This document shows, piece by piece, positions 12,028-28,466 of a stretch of DNA of 64,000 nt (positions are counted from its first letter, which is position 1; each line of letters opens with the position of its first letter). Location of the stretch: assembly GCF_009914755.1 (NCBI RefSeq), contig NC_060947.1; one strand, 5' to 3'. Below the pieces are notes generated by a model that saw only the letters and a list, made by a program, of their open reading frames with translations, was not told the DNA's origin and made no database searches. Position numbers and translations under genes: made by a program. Source of the DNA: the human T2T-CHM13v2.0 reference genome, Homo sapiens.

Positions 12028-15000
12028 GAGGCCCAGGGGTGACACAGGGGAATAAGCCCTCAAATCTGCCTGGGAGATTCAGGGAAGGCTTCACAGAGGA
12101 GTTAGAATTTGACAAGAAGCACCTGCAGTCAGACAAATGGGGCTCAGATGCTCCAAGCAGGGGCTGCAGGGCACGGAACAGTGTGGAGTTGTGACAGAGC
12201 AGGTTGCATTTGGGGCCAATGAAAGGCCCATGTGACTGGAGAATCAAATGGGAGGGCAGAGGGGTGACTAGAAAGTTAGGTCCGGGCCAGATAATATGGA
12301 CCTGGTGGGTCTATCCAGGGAGTGGAGACTCCAAGTTCTAGGCCAATGGAGTCACTGAGGTCTTTCAAGGCGAGAAATTGACATGATCTGGGCTTCAAGT
12401 TATTAAGAGTCCTGTTGCAACAGGACACAGACACAGATTCCAGAGGCTTTAGACAAAATGGTACTAGGCCACTGCTGGGTACATAAGAGGTGCTCACTAC
12501 ACTTGCTGAATGAACAAAACAAAGCAAGGCCCACTGAGGTGGTCCAGAACAATGTGCTGAAGGATCCAGAGGACTGTGTGGATGTGAGAGGAATTCAGGG
12601 GCATCAAGCAGACATGGGGGCAGGGAGCAGAGGAGGAGGAGGTGTTGAGGAACCCAAGGGTGACTCCAGGTTTCACATTCAGCTGGTGGCATAATTCGCT
12701 GGCATTTGGGGGCAGGGGGCGCAAGAGGAGGAGGAGGAAGGAGAAAAGGCAGGGCAGGGGTGGTGGCCTGACCACGCGGAAGCCTATGGAGCTGAGGTCT
12801 CCAGGGTCATCTGCCTAGGAATGGCTCTCACAGGCAGGTCAACACACATATCTGAAAATCAGGAGAGACCTGGGCTGAAGGGGTAGTTCTGGAGTCATCT
12901 GCCAAGGCTCAACTGAGCCCAGCAGGGGAAGAAGAGGTGGAAAGGATATAGTGGGGGGCCTGGGAAGTGGCACCTAAGTGGCAGACACAGAAAGGATTGG
13001 GAGGCCAACAGTCCCAGAAGGGGTGGAGCTGGCCAACAGTGAGGAAGTGACACAGAGCTCAAGGAAGGTCAGGACCTACACAGATAGATTTTACTGGCCA
13101 CCAAGGTCAGTGCTGAGGTGAGAGTTTAGTGGATTGGGGAGGTGGAAGCCTGTGTAGAGGATGGTGAAGAACAAATGGACAATGAGGCCACAGACACAGC
13201 CAGAACAGCCCAGTGTGCACTCGCTCTGCCTTGGAGGTCAGGTGAAGGAGTGGAAAGCAGAAACAGGCAGGGGCAAGGGGGCTGGCACTTTTGCAGCTGG
13301 GAGGGATGAGAGTGGATGGAGAGGCTGCAGGGTAGGTAGGTGAGAAGGAAGATCTTGCTCATTCTGCTTGCAGACGTGGGAAGCAGGGACAGTGGTGGGG
13401 AGTTGAGGGAAGAGGCCTCGAGCCCAGAACATGCATACACAAAATTCCAGGTCTCAGTGACAGAGATTATTAATAGAGCCCATTCAGCAAGTACACACTA
13501 GGTGGCATCTGATCCTGTGAACGGCACATTAAGGACTCCAAGACTCAGAAAGGTTAACTTGCCCAGAGTCACACAGCTGATAAGGGGCACAGCCAGGATG
13601 CGTACCCACATCCACCCTGTCCGATCCCCTACCTCTGGCTGTCCACCAGCTTCCATTTCTACAAGAGGAAAGGTGCTATCCACTGAGAAATGGGGCACAG
13701 GGGTGGCAAAGGCCTGGAGGGGAGCAGTGAAAGGGAGTAGAGAAGAGGTCATGCAAACGGAGCAGCTGCAGAGGACAAGTGAGGTGAGCTGAGCAGAGAG
13801 CTTGCCTGGGCTGCTGGGGCTGGAGGCGGGGCATCTGAGGGCCTCCCTGCTTCGTGGGGGCATGGATTTTCTCCAGCAGCTTTCAGGACTTGGACTACAG
13901 AGCAGAGGGTGTGGCTGGAGTGTCTGACGATAAAGGTACTGCAGGAGGGGCAAGGATAAATGGACAAGTATGGTGAGCTGGGCGGCTGGGAAGTACAGTA
14001 AGTCACCTGCCACCAGGCCTTAGCTATTTAGGGAAGCAACAAAGCCAACAGGACCTGGACACAAGGGGGAGATAGAAATCCATACTCTAGCAATCCCCGT
14101 GAGGTAGAGCAAGGGAAGTGCTAGGAGAAGAGGTTGTGGTCAGTATGGTGACTCGGAAGGAGCAGGCAACAAACTCCTGAGTGTGGCCCCTGAGGTCACT
14201 GGCTCATGTAGAGCTGAGTTAGAGGGCTGGAGCTGAAGAGATCCCAGAGCTGAGTCTCAAGGGTGCAGTGAGATGGGCTTGGATGCGGACATCCAAAGCT
14301 ACAAGAGGACAGTGAGCAGGCCAGAGTTCAAGGGGAACACAGGGCTGAGACCAGCACATGCAGGCATCAGGGAGGCCCTCTGAGTCATGCTGTCCACTGT
14401 GTGTAAGGAGGGGACTAAGAGAACTTGAAGGAGATAGCTCCGTGCAGCCGACACGGTCCTAGATACTTCTACATGCTCTCTTTGGTTCTTGCTGAAAATC
14501 TCTAAAGTAGGTGTTATCATGGAAAAACTTTACCTACCTTGTTTCAGTTTTATAGAGAAGAAAACTCAGGGAGGCTCAGGGAGGTAACATGACTTGACAG
14601 AGGTTAGGCAGCTGGTATGAGGTAGAACATGAATTCGAACCCACACTGCTGGGAACCAACAGATCCAACCATGGGGCTTTGGAGTTACAGTCCCTGGGGA
14701 TGAATTGGCTCCACCCAGCACTAATTTTGTGCTGTCAGACAAGTCAGCACACCTCCCATGCCTTGAGTTTCCTCACCTAGACAACAGAGAGCAGGTACCT
14801 CACTAAGTCCCCATGAGGACTAAAGGCGATACCACACATGAATCAGCGCCCTTCCTGGCACACAGTCCATTTTGAAGGGTCATTTTAAGTGACCATCACT
14901 AATAAAGCATCCAGGTGCAGCCTCAGAGCCAGTTCAAGCCACTTCACCATCAGGAGCCCAGAAACACAAAATTAGAAAACAAACAGATGGATGCATTGCT

Positions 15001-15161
15001 TTCCAAACTCTCAGTGAAACAGGAATCAAATACATTTGAGGAATGTACACCTCTCACCAACCAAACTCTTGTTGTGCAAACTCAGGGGCCAAGTAAGTTT
15101 GGATAGCAAGGGATATCTGTATGCAGTGGTTTTGTTCTGTGTTTGCTTTAAACAATACTCT

Positions 15162-15370
15162 ACAGCAGAGGCTCTCAAACTTCTGATGAATCAGAATCAC
15201 CTGGTGTGCTTTTTTTTTTTTTTTTTAAGAAATGTCGGTTGTCAGGTCAAGTTCCACCTCCAGCTTCCAATTGTGTAAATCTGAGTGGGCCAAGACTTTG
15301 CATTTCCAACAAGCCCTCCCAGAAATTCTAAGGCAGGTAGTCCAGGATGCACACTTTGAAAACACTGCCA
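15162..15370. mobile_element. MER5A-like hAT-Charlie DNA transposon remnant
   Basis: CAGAGGCTCTCAAACTT...CAGAATCACCTGG and CACACTTTGAAAACACTG ends. Confidence 0.6.
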
Positions 15371-16075
15371 TCTTCCATCCGCTATAGCTTGCCTGCCACA
15401 GCATTCATGTGGTAAGAGAAGGGCAGGGTTCTGTGTGGAATATTCCAGAAAGAGCATTAGTCAATGTGTATTCTGCTCTCCAGGGAGAAAGGGTGACTGA
15501 TGAGTCAGTGTGAGGATTCTAATTGTGTGGTTGCTCCGCCCCTAAATCATGGCAAAGGAATGCCGGACATCACAGCTGGGTGGCACTGGCCATGATGGTG
15601 TCCCAGTTCCCTCTGCACCAAGGGCCTGTTCACCAAGCCACCCCCTGAGAGTGACAGCTAGCCAGGATGGGCTTTCCCACAGAGGGAACCTGCAAGTACC
15701 AGCAAACCAAGCATTCTGGGCTGCTCGGGAGTTGCCCATCACTCTACAATTAATGAGCTGTCACCTGAACAGTATCCCCTGGGTTAGGAACGGTCACCCA
15801 GGCTGGTTCCCCACCTCTGTGTCCACACACAACAAGTCACCAACTCTCTGGACATTCCCTTCTTTAGAAAGTAAGACACTGGTTGGGAGAGTCCTGATCC
15901 AGGCAACACTGCCTGTGTCCTAAATACCTATAGGACACCTCCACCCCAGCACTTTGCCTGATAACTCACACAAAGAAAGCTCTTAATAAGACATTATAGG
16001 TGGAGTTGTGTCTACTGAGAAGAGTGGTTTCACCTACGACACTATGTCATCAGTGTCCAATACATCCCCAAACTA

Positions 16076-16288
<213 letters not shown>

Positions 16289-16563
16289 TCACTCTTTTAG
16301 CAAAAGCACAAGCTTGTGGCTCTATCACTGTCTATACTGCCTTTTCTCTAAGCCTGGGATGCATTTGAGTGGTGGCTCACTAGCATTCCCCACGTGCTCG
16401 GCCCTGACCTGGAAGTCCAGCCTTAAGTTACTCTCATGAGATGCCAATGGCAATGAAATCATACGACTTCTGTTTCCTACAAACTGAGCAGCAACAACTC
16501 TCTTCCTTCATACAAACAGACGCCCTTCTGTTCCTGTCCCCACCTCCTGCCTGGCTAGAAAAG

Positions 16564-17110
16564 TGTGGTGAGGTGTTGGGTTCCCAAAACCACCCTCAGG
16601 TTCAGCAATTCACTAGGGGAACTCATAGGATTCAGCATTTAGTCTCACTCACAGCTATGACTTATTACAGTGAAACACACTCAGCAAAGAAAAAAGGCAC
16701 ATGAGGCAAAGTCTAGAGGAAACTAGGCACAAGCTTCAAGTCCTCTTCCAGGGAAGTCACATAGGATACTTACTTCTCCCAGCAACGAGTTGTGTGACAA
16801 TACATGTGAAATGCTGCTAACTAGGGAAGCTCATTAAAGCCTCATTATCCAGTTTTTATTTGGGGCTGGTCAGGTAGGTACTATCTGTCTGGAACATATC
16901 AAAATTCCAGGCTCCCAGAAAAAAAAAAACAAACCCAAGGGTTTATCATCAACCATAATGTTTGTCTAAACGGTTTAAGCATAGTAAGCCAATTCTGGGA
17001 ATAGTGAGAACACTTCAGAAATCAAAGTTCCCAGATGCCAGCCAAGGGCTAGACTTATAAGCAGGCCTTTCAAAGAATCACAGCCAGGCCAGCTTTGTTA
17101 ACTGTTTTCT
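16564..17110. mobile_element. MER21-like ERV LTR remnant in intron 5
   Basis: CCCAAAACCACCCTCAGGTTCAGCAATTCACTAG...AAGTTCCCAGATGCCAGCCAAGGGC motifs. Confidence 0.55.
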
Positions 17111-17812
17111 GCAAAGAGGCAGGAGAGGTGAACCTCACAGCCTTCTTCTATCAAGGGGGCTGACAGCTCCTACTAGGAAAGCAAGATCCCCTGGGCCAAT
17201 CAAAGCAAGATACCTGCAACATCAAAGAGCATACTGCTGGTCTCTACTCTCATTACATGTGAGGGGCATTCTCTGCAAAGTCAAAAGGATGGGATGCTCA
17301 GGCCCTCATAAAACATGATAGGGAAAAATGGAAAAGGATTCTAAAACAGAAAAGACTACATGCTCTAAATGACATACAAGCAAGTACAGGATTTGAGGTT
17401 CCAAGAAGCAATGCAGTGCTTTGTGTTTAGATGATCTAACCTGACAGGCTCAGGGGGAACAGGCAGTTTTTGAAGAGAGTTTCACATTCCCTGGGGCTGT
17501 TTTGGAAGGGCCATCCCTTATTACAGGCTTTGGCAGCCAGCTCTGATTCACTACTCTGTGGTGATCTCACCATCCAACCCAACATCTGCTCAATAAGTTC
17601 AAGGAAAGGAAATCAAACCCTCCAGTGGAGTGAAGCGGAAAGCCAAGCATTTCTTACAAGATTCTTACATGTTCTTGGCCTTGACCTCTAAATCCCATCT
17701 TTACTCCACTGAGGACACTAGTGCCCATCAGGCAACCATGGTGCCTGGCGATGGCAGGATGTAGCCACCTTCCCTGTGCAAATCCCTCCCTCAACAAACA
17801 ACACAGCTGTCA

Positions 17813-18052
<240 letters not shown>

Positions 18053-18319
18053 TCAAAACAAAATAATATAACATCAGCTTTTTAAGTGCAAGAAATGAAG
18101 CCATGAAGGCTACACACACAGATTTAATGTTCACATAATCAGCCCTTCACGTGTTAGTCACTCAGACTGAACAGAGACATCAGAAGTAGAACTAAGACAG
18201 AAAAGGTGTTTCTTGTTTTCCAGGCAGGGGCCAGAAATCCACTAGCACTTGGTTTCTTGCTACTAATACTCTTTCTCCAGATCATAACTAATTAAAAGAA
18301 ACCCCGATAGACTAATTAT

Positions 18320-19490
<1,171 letters not shown>

Positions 19491-20681
19491 CATTTCAAAT
19501 TTCAAAGACAGGCTAAGGCTTGTAAGTGACAGGGTCCCAATCAACTTGATAAGGTGACAGTCCATGGAATTTCCAGAACTTCAGCTACACTAGGCACAGA
19601 ATGAAACCTCCTGCTTTGCTTCCTAAAGTAGACATGCTGGCCGTGAGACCAAAGTTAGTTCTGACCATGATTTGTATACCACAAAGACCGAGGGGCTGTG
19701 TCAGCTGCTGTTCCATCTCAAAGAGTGTTGCCTTTTCACAGCCCTGCCTTGCTCACCCCACCCTTGGGCAGGACAGCCCAGCACCCGCCTCAGACCACTT
19801 GTTCATCATCTATATATACACGATTTGCAGCACTCGAGGGAGATTTAGTATTGTCAGACCCACCACTTTGAGAAGAAATGGGTAGGGGGAAGTTAGGGCA
19901 GGGACCTGGCATTCGTAAGTGAGGCCACTAAAAAGAAGCAAGATGGCTTCAGGGAATTAAGATGGGATCTTCCCTATTCAAGCCACAAGCCAAAGGCCAG
20001 AGCTCACAGTTTTCACTGTATTCTGAAATGGAAAGCTGTCAAGAACTTAGAACAATACCTTCCACCTCACTTCCAAATCCTCACCCTTCCCAACACGATG
20101 TTTACTAAAACCTCAGAGATACATTTCATGTCTCAGTTCCCCAGCTGGTTTTCTGAGTTTCTTAAATGTGGGTTTTAGTTTCATTTATACATTTGGGATT
20201 CCTCTAAACCAAGATTTTCTTTGTAGGTTACTTTTTTTCATAATGCTCTAAAAATTCAAAACCCCTATCAGAGGTCTCAGCTGCTGAACATACACATTAG
20301 GTCAGAGACAGATACACGGCATGCCTTTCTCCCATTCTGGGCTGAGGCTCCTGGAGCTCAGCCTCTTTTCTCCCTCCCATGTCTCAGCATCTCCTACAAC
20401 TCTCAGTCTCATCCAGCGTGAGCACTGGGGAGCTATTCAATGAGTCTGACACGTTAGAGCCCAAGGTTTTAGAACAAGTAGCACCCACCAGCTTCTAGAA
20501 TGAAGCCACTGCTCCTGTCGGGCCTAATGCTGAAGATCCCAACACTTACTTCTGTCAAAACATTATCACAAATGAAACCCACAACTTCGTGGTATATAAC
20601 CAGCTTCACAGAACATGCAGTATACCCAGTAGTTTATGTGACAAAGGAAAAAGTGGTTCCTCTTCAGAAATGTCCCTTTCA

Positions 20682-20819
<138 letters not shown>

Positions 20820-23052
20820 TCAACACCCCACTCCCCATAATTAAAACTCTGTAAACAAATGGGCAAGTGGAACCTCCCTTCTTTGGGGCTCAGTTTCCTC
20901 ATCTACAAAAGTCCCCTCTAAAGCCAAACTCTCTAGTTTCTATTTGAGAACTAAGCATCTGACTTCCTGGTCCCTAAGCCCTGATGATTTGTGCTAGGCT
21001 CTGTGGAAGGGACCCACAAGGACAAGATCAGTCAGCTCCTTAGAGCCCATGCTGAAACCTATCTCTCACCCTATGAAGGAGGCAGCAGAGGCATCAGCAC
21101 CATCAGGGAGCCGATGGGGGCAGGAGAGGGAGGCTCAGGGAAGGTATGTGACTTACCTATGCTAACCAGATATTAGATAAGGGAGCCAGGACTCAAAACC
21201 TTGTTTTAGAATTCCAAGTTCAAGTGCTCATTCATGAAGCAGAAACCCACCCTTAAGCTTAGTAGTTTATAGTTTATTTGTGAAGACAGTATAACAGCAC
21301 TGGAAACCAAGGAAGGACTTCCAGCTTTCAAAAGCATCGAAGTGCCAAGTGGGGGATCCTCCAAGCACAGAGGTTATTGTGAGTCAGGTGAGGACTGGCA
21401 GGGAGGACTTCTAGGAGCCAGTGAGGCCTGTGAGGGATCTGAAGGGAAGTGCTGCCTATAGTGGTTAGCTGGGAGTGGAGGGGATCACAGGCAGAACCTC
21501 GTGAGAAAGCATCAGCAGCAGTCACACAGTGGGACTCCCATAGGGAGTACCAGAAGAGACAGGAATGGAGAGAAAGAGGGCAGCGGGTGGAGGGCCTATG
21601 AAGACAGCAAGCACTGTGGAAAGAGCACACAGGAAGCCAACAACCACAGGTCCAAATCCTGATGCTGCCTCTTAGCATCCTTGCAACCTCTGGCAAGCTA
21701 CTTGACTCCCATGAGCCTTCATGTCTTCCTTGGGAAATGATGATGATGATAAAAACCCACCTTGCTTGCTGTTGGGAGGATTAAAGGAGTGGCCAGCATG
21801 GTAAACGGTACATACCTGGCACACAGTGGTGGCTACTGTCATCTTGAAGCAGGCCCAATGCTAACAGAAAAAGGTCTTGAGAACAAAGATTCAGCTGAAA
21901 AATGTGTTCCCACAAGGGCTGCAGGGAAAGGTTTATTCTCTGAGAAGGACATGGTGCTTAGAGCCTGGTGCCAAAATCCAATCATCAGGAGGGAGGAGGT
22001 CAAGCAACATCACTCAGTCCTTGCCTGGTTTCCCCTCCCAAAGCACAATCTCCTCCCTCTGCTGTGTTTCCTCCTCTCTCCAAAATCATCACTTCCCTCC
22101 AGCTGCATTTGGGCAAGGGGTATGGTAATGAGAACACCAAACTGCAGAAAGTTCTCCTGACACTGGACTTTTGGCTGTGCAATATGATTCCTGACAGGTT
22201 CACCTCTGAAACTGGCCTGACTTAGTAGAGCTGAATGTCACTCTCAACCTGGGCTGGCCAGCTGAGCTCCTGCAGAAGGCTGCCAAGCCTGCCGGTGTAA
22301 CCACTGAGCAAAGGGAAAGAGACTGAAAACATTCGTCATTCCCAAATGATAAGCATTATTGTCCCTATGGTGCTCTTGTCTTCCAATACTTTTTTCTCCA
22401 TTTTTTTTCTCAAATACTCATGCATTACTTCTATAAATAAAAAGTTTTAAAGTTTGTTTGCTTTTCACTATCCCCATATTGGCATTAAAGAGAGCCAGTT
22501 TATCAGGCAGCATTTGAGGTAAGGAATGTCCGTCTCTGGGACCCTATAGATCCTGGGTACCAGATTACACTCATCTTTCTGACTTAATTTCCAGAGTGGA
22601 TAGCAGCCCCTACCTAAGCACAGCCCCCTCATTGGGCAATAAGTCAGCAACAGCAATGCTGGCCACACGGGAGGCCCTCAGGTGTCCTCACCCCACCCCT
22701 AGGTTTACTGACAGGTACCCTGCAGGGGAGAGGGTGGGGCCCTGAGCTGGACTCCACCCAACACTGCCACCTCCCCAGCCTGTGTCCTCCCTACCACCCG
22801 AGGAGCTGAAAGACCCAACAGCACACCCTCAGTGGTTTCTGAAAGGAAGCAAAGCTCTTTCTACCCTTTTTCACTTTGGGTGAAAACGTGGCTGGGTTGA
22901 CAAGTCAGTTTTTTAGAAAGGAAGCACTGACTAGCGAGGGACTCGCCCAGCCAGAAGAGGGCTCTGCAAAGACAGCCCCATCCCCAGGATGGGAATGCTG
23001 GATTCAGACACCACAAACCAAGAGAACCCAGACTCTGGACATGGAGCAGTAC

Positions 23053-23230
23053 CAGGGTGAAAGACTTTTCCCACCGACATGGTCACATAGCCATTCTCCT
23101 TGAAGTACTGGGGGATGGTGGAGAAGTTTCCAGCGTGCACCCTCCAGTAGGAGTTGAAGTCGTACAGGCGGGTGGTGTCAGGTCTCCTGCCAGTGAGGAA
23201 AGAAACGCGGCTCGGGGCGCACACTGCTTG
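23053..23230 (-). CDS. IDS: IDS exon 3 with sulfatase signature [11 protein letters not shown] (Cys84, converted to formylglycine) and GKVFH
   Basis: Acceptor TAACAG|CAA, donor CTG|GTACTG; 178 nt; CxPxR motif. Confidence 0.98.
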
Positions 23231-23897
23231 CTGTTAGGGAGCAGAAGCAGAGGTAAGCATCGCCACAGCAAAACATGTCTGCCATCTCTTAGGTAACCAA
23301 GCAACCGCCCTCCCGAGGCTCCTAGCAAACAGCTTGGTAGCTGAGTCATGCAGAGCTCAAACCAGACACTGGGATTTGGGTGTCACCTAGGCAACAGACT
23401 GCTTCCGGGAGAGAAAAGGGAAGCAATCAGCCCCTGAAACCAGCAGATGCTTATCTCCTCCTACGCAATGGCCTCCCCAGGCACACAGAGCGGCCAGTGT
23501 TGCTGGGGGCAGAGCCATGAGGGGGTTCAGGGAGCAGGGCCACCCTGGCTAGCTCTCACCTGAGGCCCAGCCTGCAGACCTGTGGGTGCCCTTCTGCAGC
23601 ACCCCTTCCTTCTGAGCACCAGGCAAGCGCCCGTTCTGGGAGAAAGCTGGCCAGGGCTGCCATGAACACATCAGGGCCAGGGCGCACCTTGCACCCAAGG
23701 AGAAGGCCACCCTTGAAGGTCAAGCTTTCCCATGAGTGGAAAACCAGATTTTCTCCACTACCATTTTCCAGACTATGCTTCCCTCTAACAAGATGTCCCG
23801 CACAATCTGTGCCATCTGACAATAGCTGAAGCTCCCCGCCCCCAACCCTCAGTGCACGAAGCAGCACACACCCACAGCTAGAGGTTCCCAGACATAC

Positions 23898-24034
23898 CTG
23901 CGCAAAGGCATTCTGGAAGAGGAGGCTGTGGGATGCCAGTTGGTCAATATTTGGGGACCTCACCAGCTTATCCCCATAACAGCCCAGGGAGGGGCGCAGG
24001 TCATCCACGATGATGAGAAGAACGTTCAGAGCAT
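23898..24034 (-). CDS. IDS: IDS exon 2 ([21 protein letters not shown]...NAFAQ; sulfatase metal-binding DD)
   Basis: Acceptor GTGTAG|ATG, donor CAG|GTATGT; 137 nt; frame continuous with exons 1 and 3. Confidence 0.98.
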
Positions 24035-24239
24035 CTACACAGGAGGGAGGGGCTTTGGTGAGGTAACCTGCACTGACACTGAACCCTCCCTCATGGTAGG
24101 TGCTAGGTTACTAAGAGGCCCAAGGCTGGACCCTGCACCTTAACAGCCTAGCCAGGGAGGGCGCTGTGCCTCAGCAAGGGTGGGAGTGGGGCTCGAGGAG
24201 GAAGCCTGAGTCCTGGGTGGCAGGGTTAGGCTTTGGTCA

Positions 24240-25210
<971 letters not shown>

Positions 25211-25908
25211 AGAACTGCTAGGGGTATAGCGATTCAGCCACTGCCCTTAACAACTAGCAGTTACCCGTCTTTTTGCCTTTGCTTGTGCTATGCCTTTCAC
25301 CTGGAAGCCCTGCCCTTCCTTCTTTTTATAAAAGACACACTTCTTGTAAGCCAGCCTCAATGCCATTCTCCTTCCATGAGGCCTTTTGAGAAAGTCCCTT
25401 CCTCCATCTAAAGGGACTCCCTTTCCTATTCATTTCTTCAACTAATTCTTATTAAGTATCGCAAATATGTATACCAGGCGCTGTTGGTGGCACTGGGGCT
25501 CTATGTCCCTGCTTTGGTGGAGCTTAAAACAATAAAAAAATATAGAGAGTGTCGGTGGGCATACCCGGTCTGGAGAAAAATAAAGCGTGGGTGCGGGGCA
25601 TGCTTGTTATTTTCTATGGGGTGGCCAGGCAGGGCCTCACTAGTGAAGTGGCATTTGAACAAAATTTTGAAGCAAGTGAGGGAGCAAGCCGCACTGAGGT
25701 CTGCAAGAAGGGTGCGCCAAACAGAGAGAGCAGCAATTGTGGGGAGATGGAATCCTAGCCCTACACTGTACTGTACTGAATACTATTATACCGTCCTAAT
25801 ACTGCAAACACAGTTTGATTTTCAACTTTGAGAATCAATCTATAACAAAGCCCAGATGACTTAATTATGACTAAACAACAATGGACAATGGGAAGGTACA
25901 AATACAGC

Positions 25909-26338
25909 TGTGATGGTGCTGTGGTGCACTGCTCAGATCTCCCTTCAACACCAAAAATTTTATTTCCCTAGCTGGCTTGAGAGCTGTTAGCTGTCGTTAG
26001 CCCTCATCAGAAATTGTCTTAGAAAAAGATAGGTACCTCAGCCAAGGTCACCCCTGTTCTCAGGAAGCCCACATCAGTGATTCAACTTGAAGGTACAAAG
26101 GTGCAGCCCCTTACCCCAACTTGGGACATCTCTGAAAGGCCATTTCAGCTTCAGAGCTCCCTGTGGGGTTAACTGAAGCCTTTTTTGAGACTGCCCACTT
26201 TCTCTGTCTGTTGAATTTTGATTTCTTCCCTCCCCTCCCCTTCTACAGGTGTTGATCCTAAGAGTACTCCCTAAGAAACTTCCTGCACATTACTCTACAT
26301 CTTAGTCAGCTTCCTTGGGAACCTGGCCTGCAGCAACA
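25909..26338. mobile_element. LTR16-like ERVL LTR remnant
   Basis: TGTGATGGTGCTGTGGTGCACTGCTCAGATC start; TTCAGAGCTCCCTGTGGGGTT; CTTCCTTGGGAACCTGGCCTGCAGCA end. Confidence 0.6.
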
Positions 26339-26984
26339 GTTGACAAAAAGCTGGGAGGAGGAAGGGAGATGGCAGGAAATGTAGGCACATTAATTTAGGG
26401 TTAGCAATTTAGGATTGTCTCCTTTGCCCCAGCCTATCGCAAAAAAATAATAATAATAATAATAATAAATCAATAGTCGCTGTCCCCAGTTCATAGAAAG
26501 AGAAATACAGATTTAGGGATATTACTTAAAGATACAAAAGTAAACAATAGAAAACTTAAAAATGGCAATAAATCTATATAGTAAAAGGAGAAGGGAAAAT
26601 GGCAGGGAGAGATGAAACAAAATTTGTCATGAGTTGATAACCAATGAAGTTCATTGATGAACACCTGGGGTTTATTATACTATTTTCTGTAATCTTGTAT
26701 AGGTTTGATCAATTTCCAAAATCCAAGGTTAAAAATATGTACATAAAAAGAGGAATGGATAAGTGATCTCATCTATCATAGGAAGAAGTCAGCAATGTCT
26801 AAAGTTGAAAACATTAGAAAGTTGATATAGAAATAGCATAGTATTTAGAAAGACAGGGACAATCTACTAGAAGAAATGAAAGTAGAAACATTTAAAATGA
26901 GAACAGAAGAGGGAAGGTGCAGGGCAGAGGGCCTTTGCTTTGTATGGTATGTCTTTTGGTCCTTTTTGACTTAGGTGTTAGTGT

Positions 26985-27428
26985 CCTCCCCCCAAAAATT
27001 GTATGTTGGAGTCCTAACACCCAGTACCTCAGAATGTGATCTTATTTGGAAACAGGGTCTTTAACAGGGTAATCAAGTTAAAAGGAGGTAATTGGGTTGG
27101 GCCCTAATCCAATATGACTGGGGTCCTTATCAAAAGAAAAAATTTGGACACAGACACAAACACATAGAGAGAAGACATCCATGTGAAGACAATGGATTGA
27201 AGTGATGCATCTACAAGCCAGTGGATGCCAATGATTGCCAGCAAACCACAAGAAGCTAGGAAGAGGCAAGGAAGCATTCTTCTTCTATAGGTTTCAGGGG
27301 GTGCATGGTCCTGCTGGCACCTTGATTTAAGACTTCTGGCCTCCAAAACTGTAAGACAATGCATTTCTGTTGTTCTAAGCCATGTAATTTGTAGTACTTT
27401 GTTACAGCAGCCCTAGAAAACTAACACT
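26985..27428 (+). mobile_element. MLT1-family LTR
   Basis: CCCAGTACCTCAGAATGTGATCTTATTTGGAAA...TTGTTACAGCAGCCCTAGAAAACTAACAC. Confidence 0.8.
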
Positions 27429-28176
27429 ACCTATAAACAATTCAAAATTTAACAAGATTGATTGTCTCAGCTGGGATAGAAAATTATATATGCCACTTGG
27501 CACAATTGTGTGTGTTTGTTTTTGTTGTTTGTTTGCTCTGGTGTAAGCTCGAGGTTTTGCTGGGGCTCATAGCAGCAGAAGGACAAGAGTGGGAGCAAGT
27601 GGAGAGAGCCAGTAAGAGAGCAGTTCAGGTGGCTGACAGTGGTTAAGAAGACTGGTGGACTGGGGACAAACAAAGATCTAGGAGATGGGTGAGGATATAG
27701 AGAGGCAGCAAGGGTGTGAGAGTACTGGTTTTAGTCCCAGAATGAGACCCTGAAATTTAAGATTTCTGAGGTAAAACAGATCCTGGTGATTTAAAGGTCA
27801 AGGATGTGGCCTTGAAGCTGGGAGGCTGAGGTGGGGGGGAAGAGATTGCTAGAGGTTAGAGATGAGGAAGAAGTCAAGGGTCTGTGAGTGGCACAGGCTG
27901 CTGATGAATACACTGCAGTCCCCCAGAATGATGACAGGACACAGGGTACCAAGGTCACCTGTGAGCCTGGTACCTGAGTCTTCAGTGAATGAGGGATAAG
28001 GGCCAATCAATGCTATGTAACAAATGACCACAAGCTTAGTGGCTGTAAACACTACTCATTTGTCACCTCCTACTTTCTGTGGGTCAGAAATCCAGGCACA
28101 GCTAAGCTGGGTCTTAGGTTCAGGGTCTCAAAAGGCTGCAGTGAAGGACTACATTCTCACTTAAAGCTCGGGATTG

Positions 28177-28466
28177 TGGATAGCACAATCCACAGGTGCT
28201 CAAGTCCTTTATATAAGATGGTGCAGTGTTTACATATAACATACATACACATCCTCCCGTATACTTTACATTACCTCTAGATTACTTATAATCCCTAATA
28301 CAATGTAAGTGCCATGTAAATAGTTATTATACTGCATTATTTATGAAATAATGACAAGGGAAAAAAGTCTGTACATGTTCACTGCAGAGACAACCACCCA
28401 TCTTTTTCAAATTCAACAGGTGGTTGAATCCACAGATGTGGAACACATGGATAAGGAGGCTGATTG
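28177..28466. mobile_element. MER2-like (TcMar-Tigger) DNA transposon fragment
   Basis: GCTCAAGTCCTTTATATAAGATGG...CATCCTCCCGTATACTTT...CTCTAGATTACTTATAAT. Confidence 0.75.
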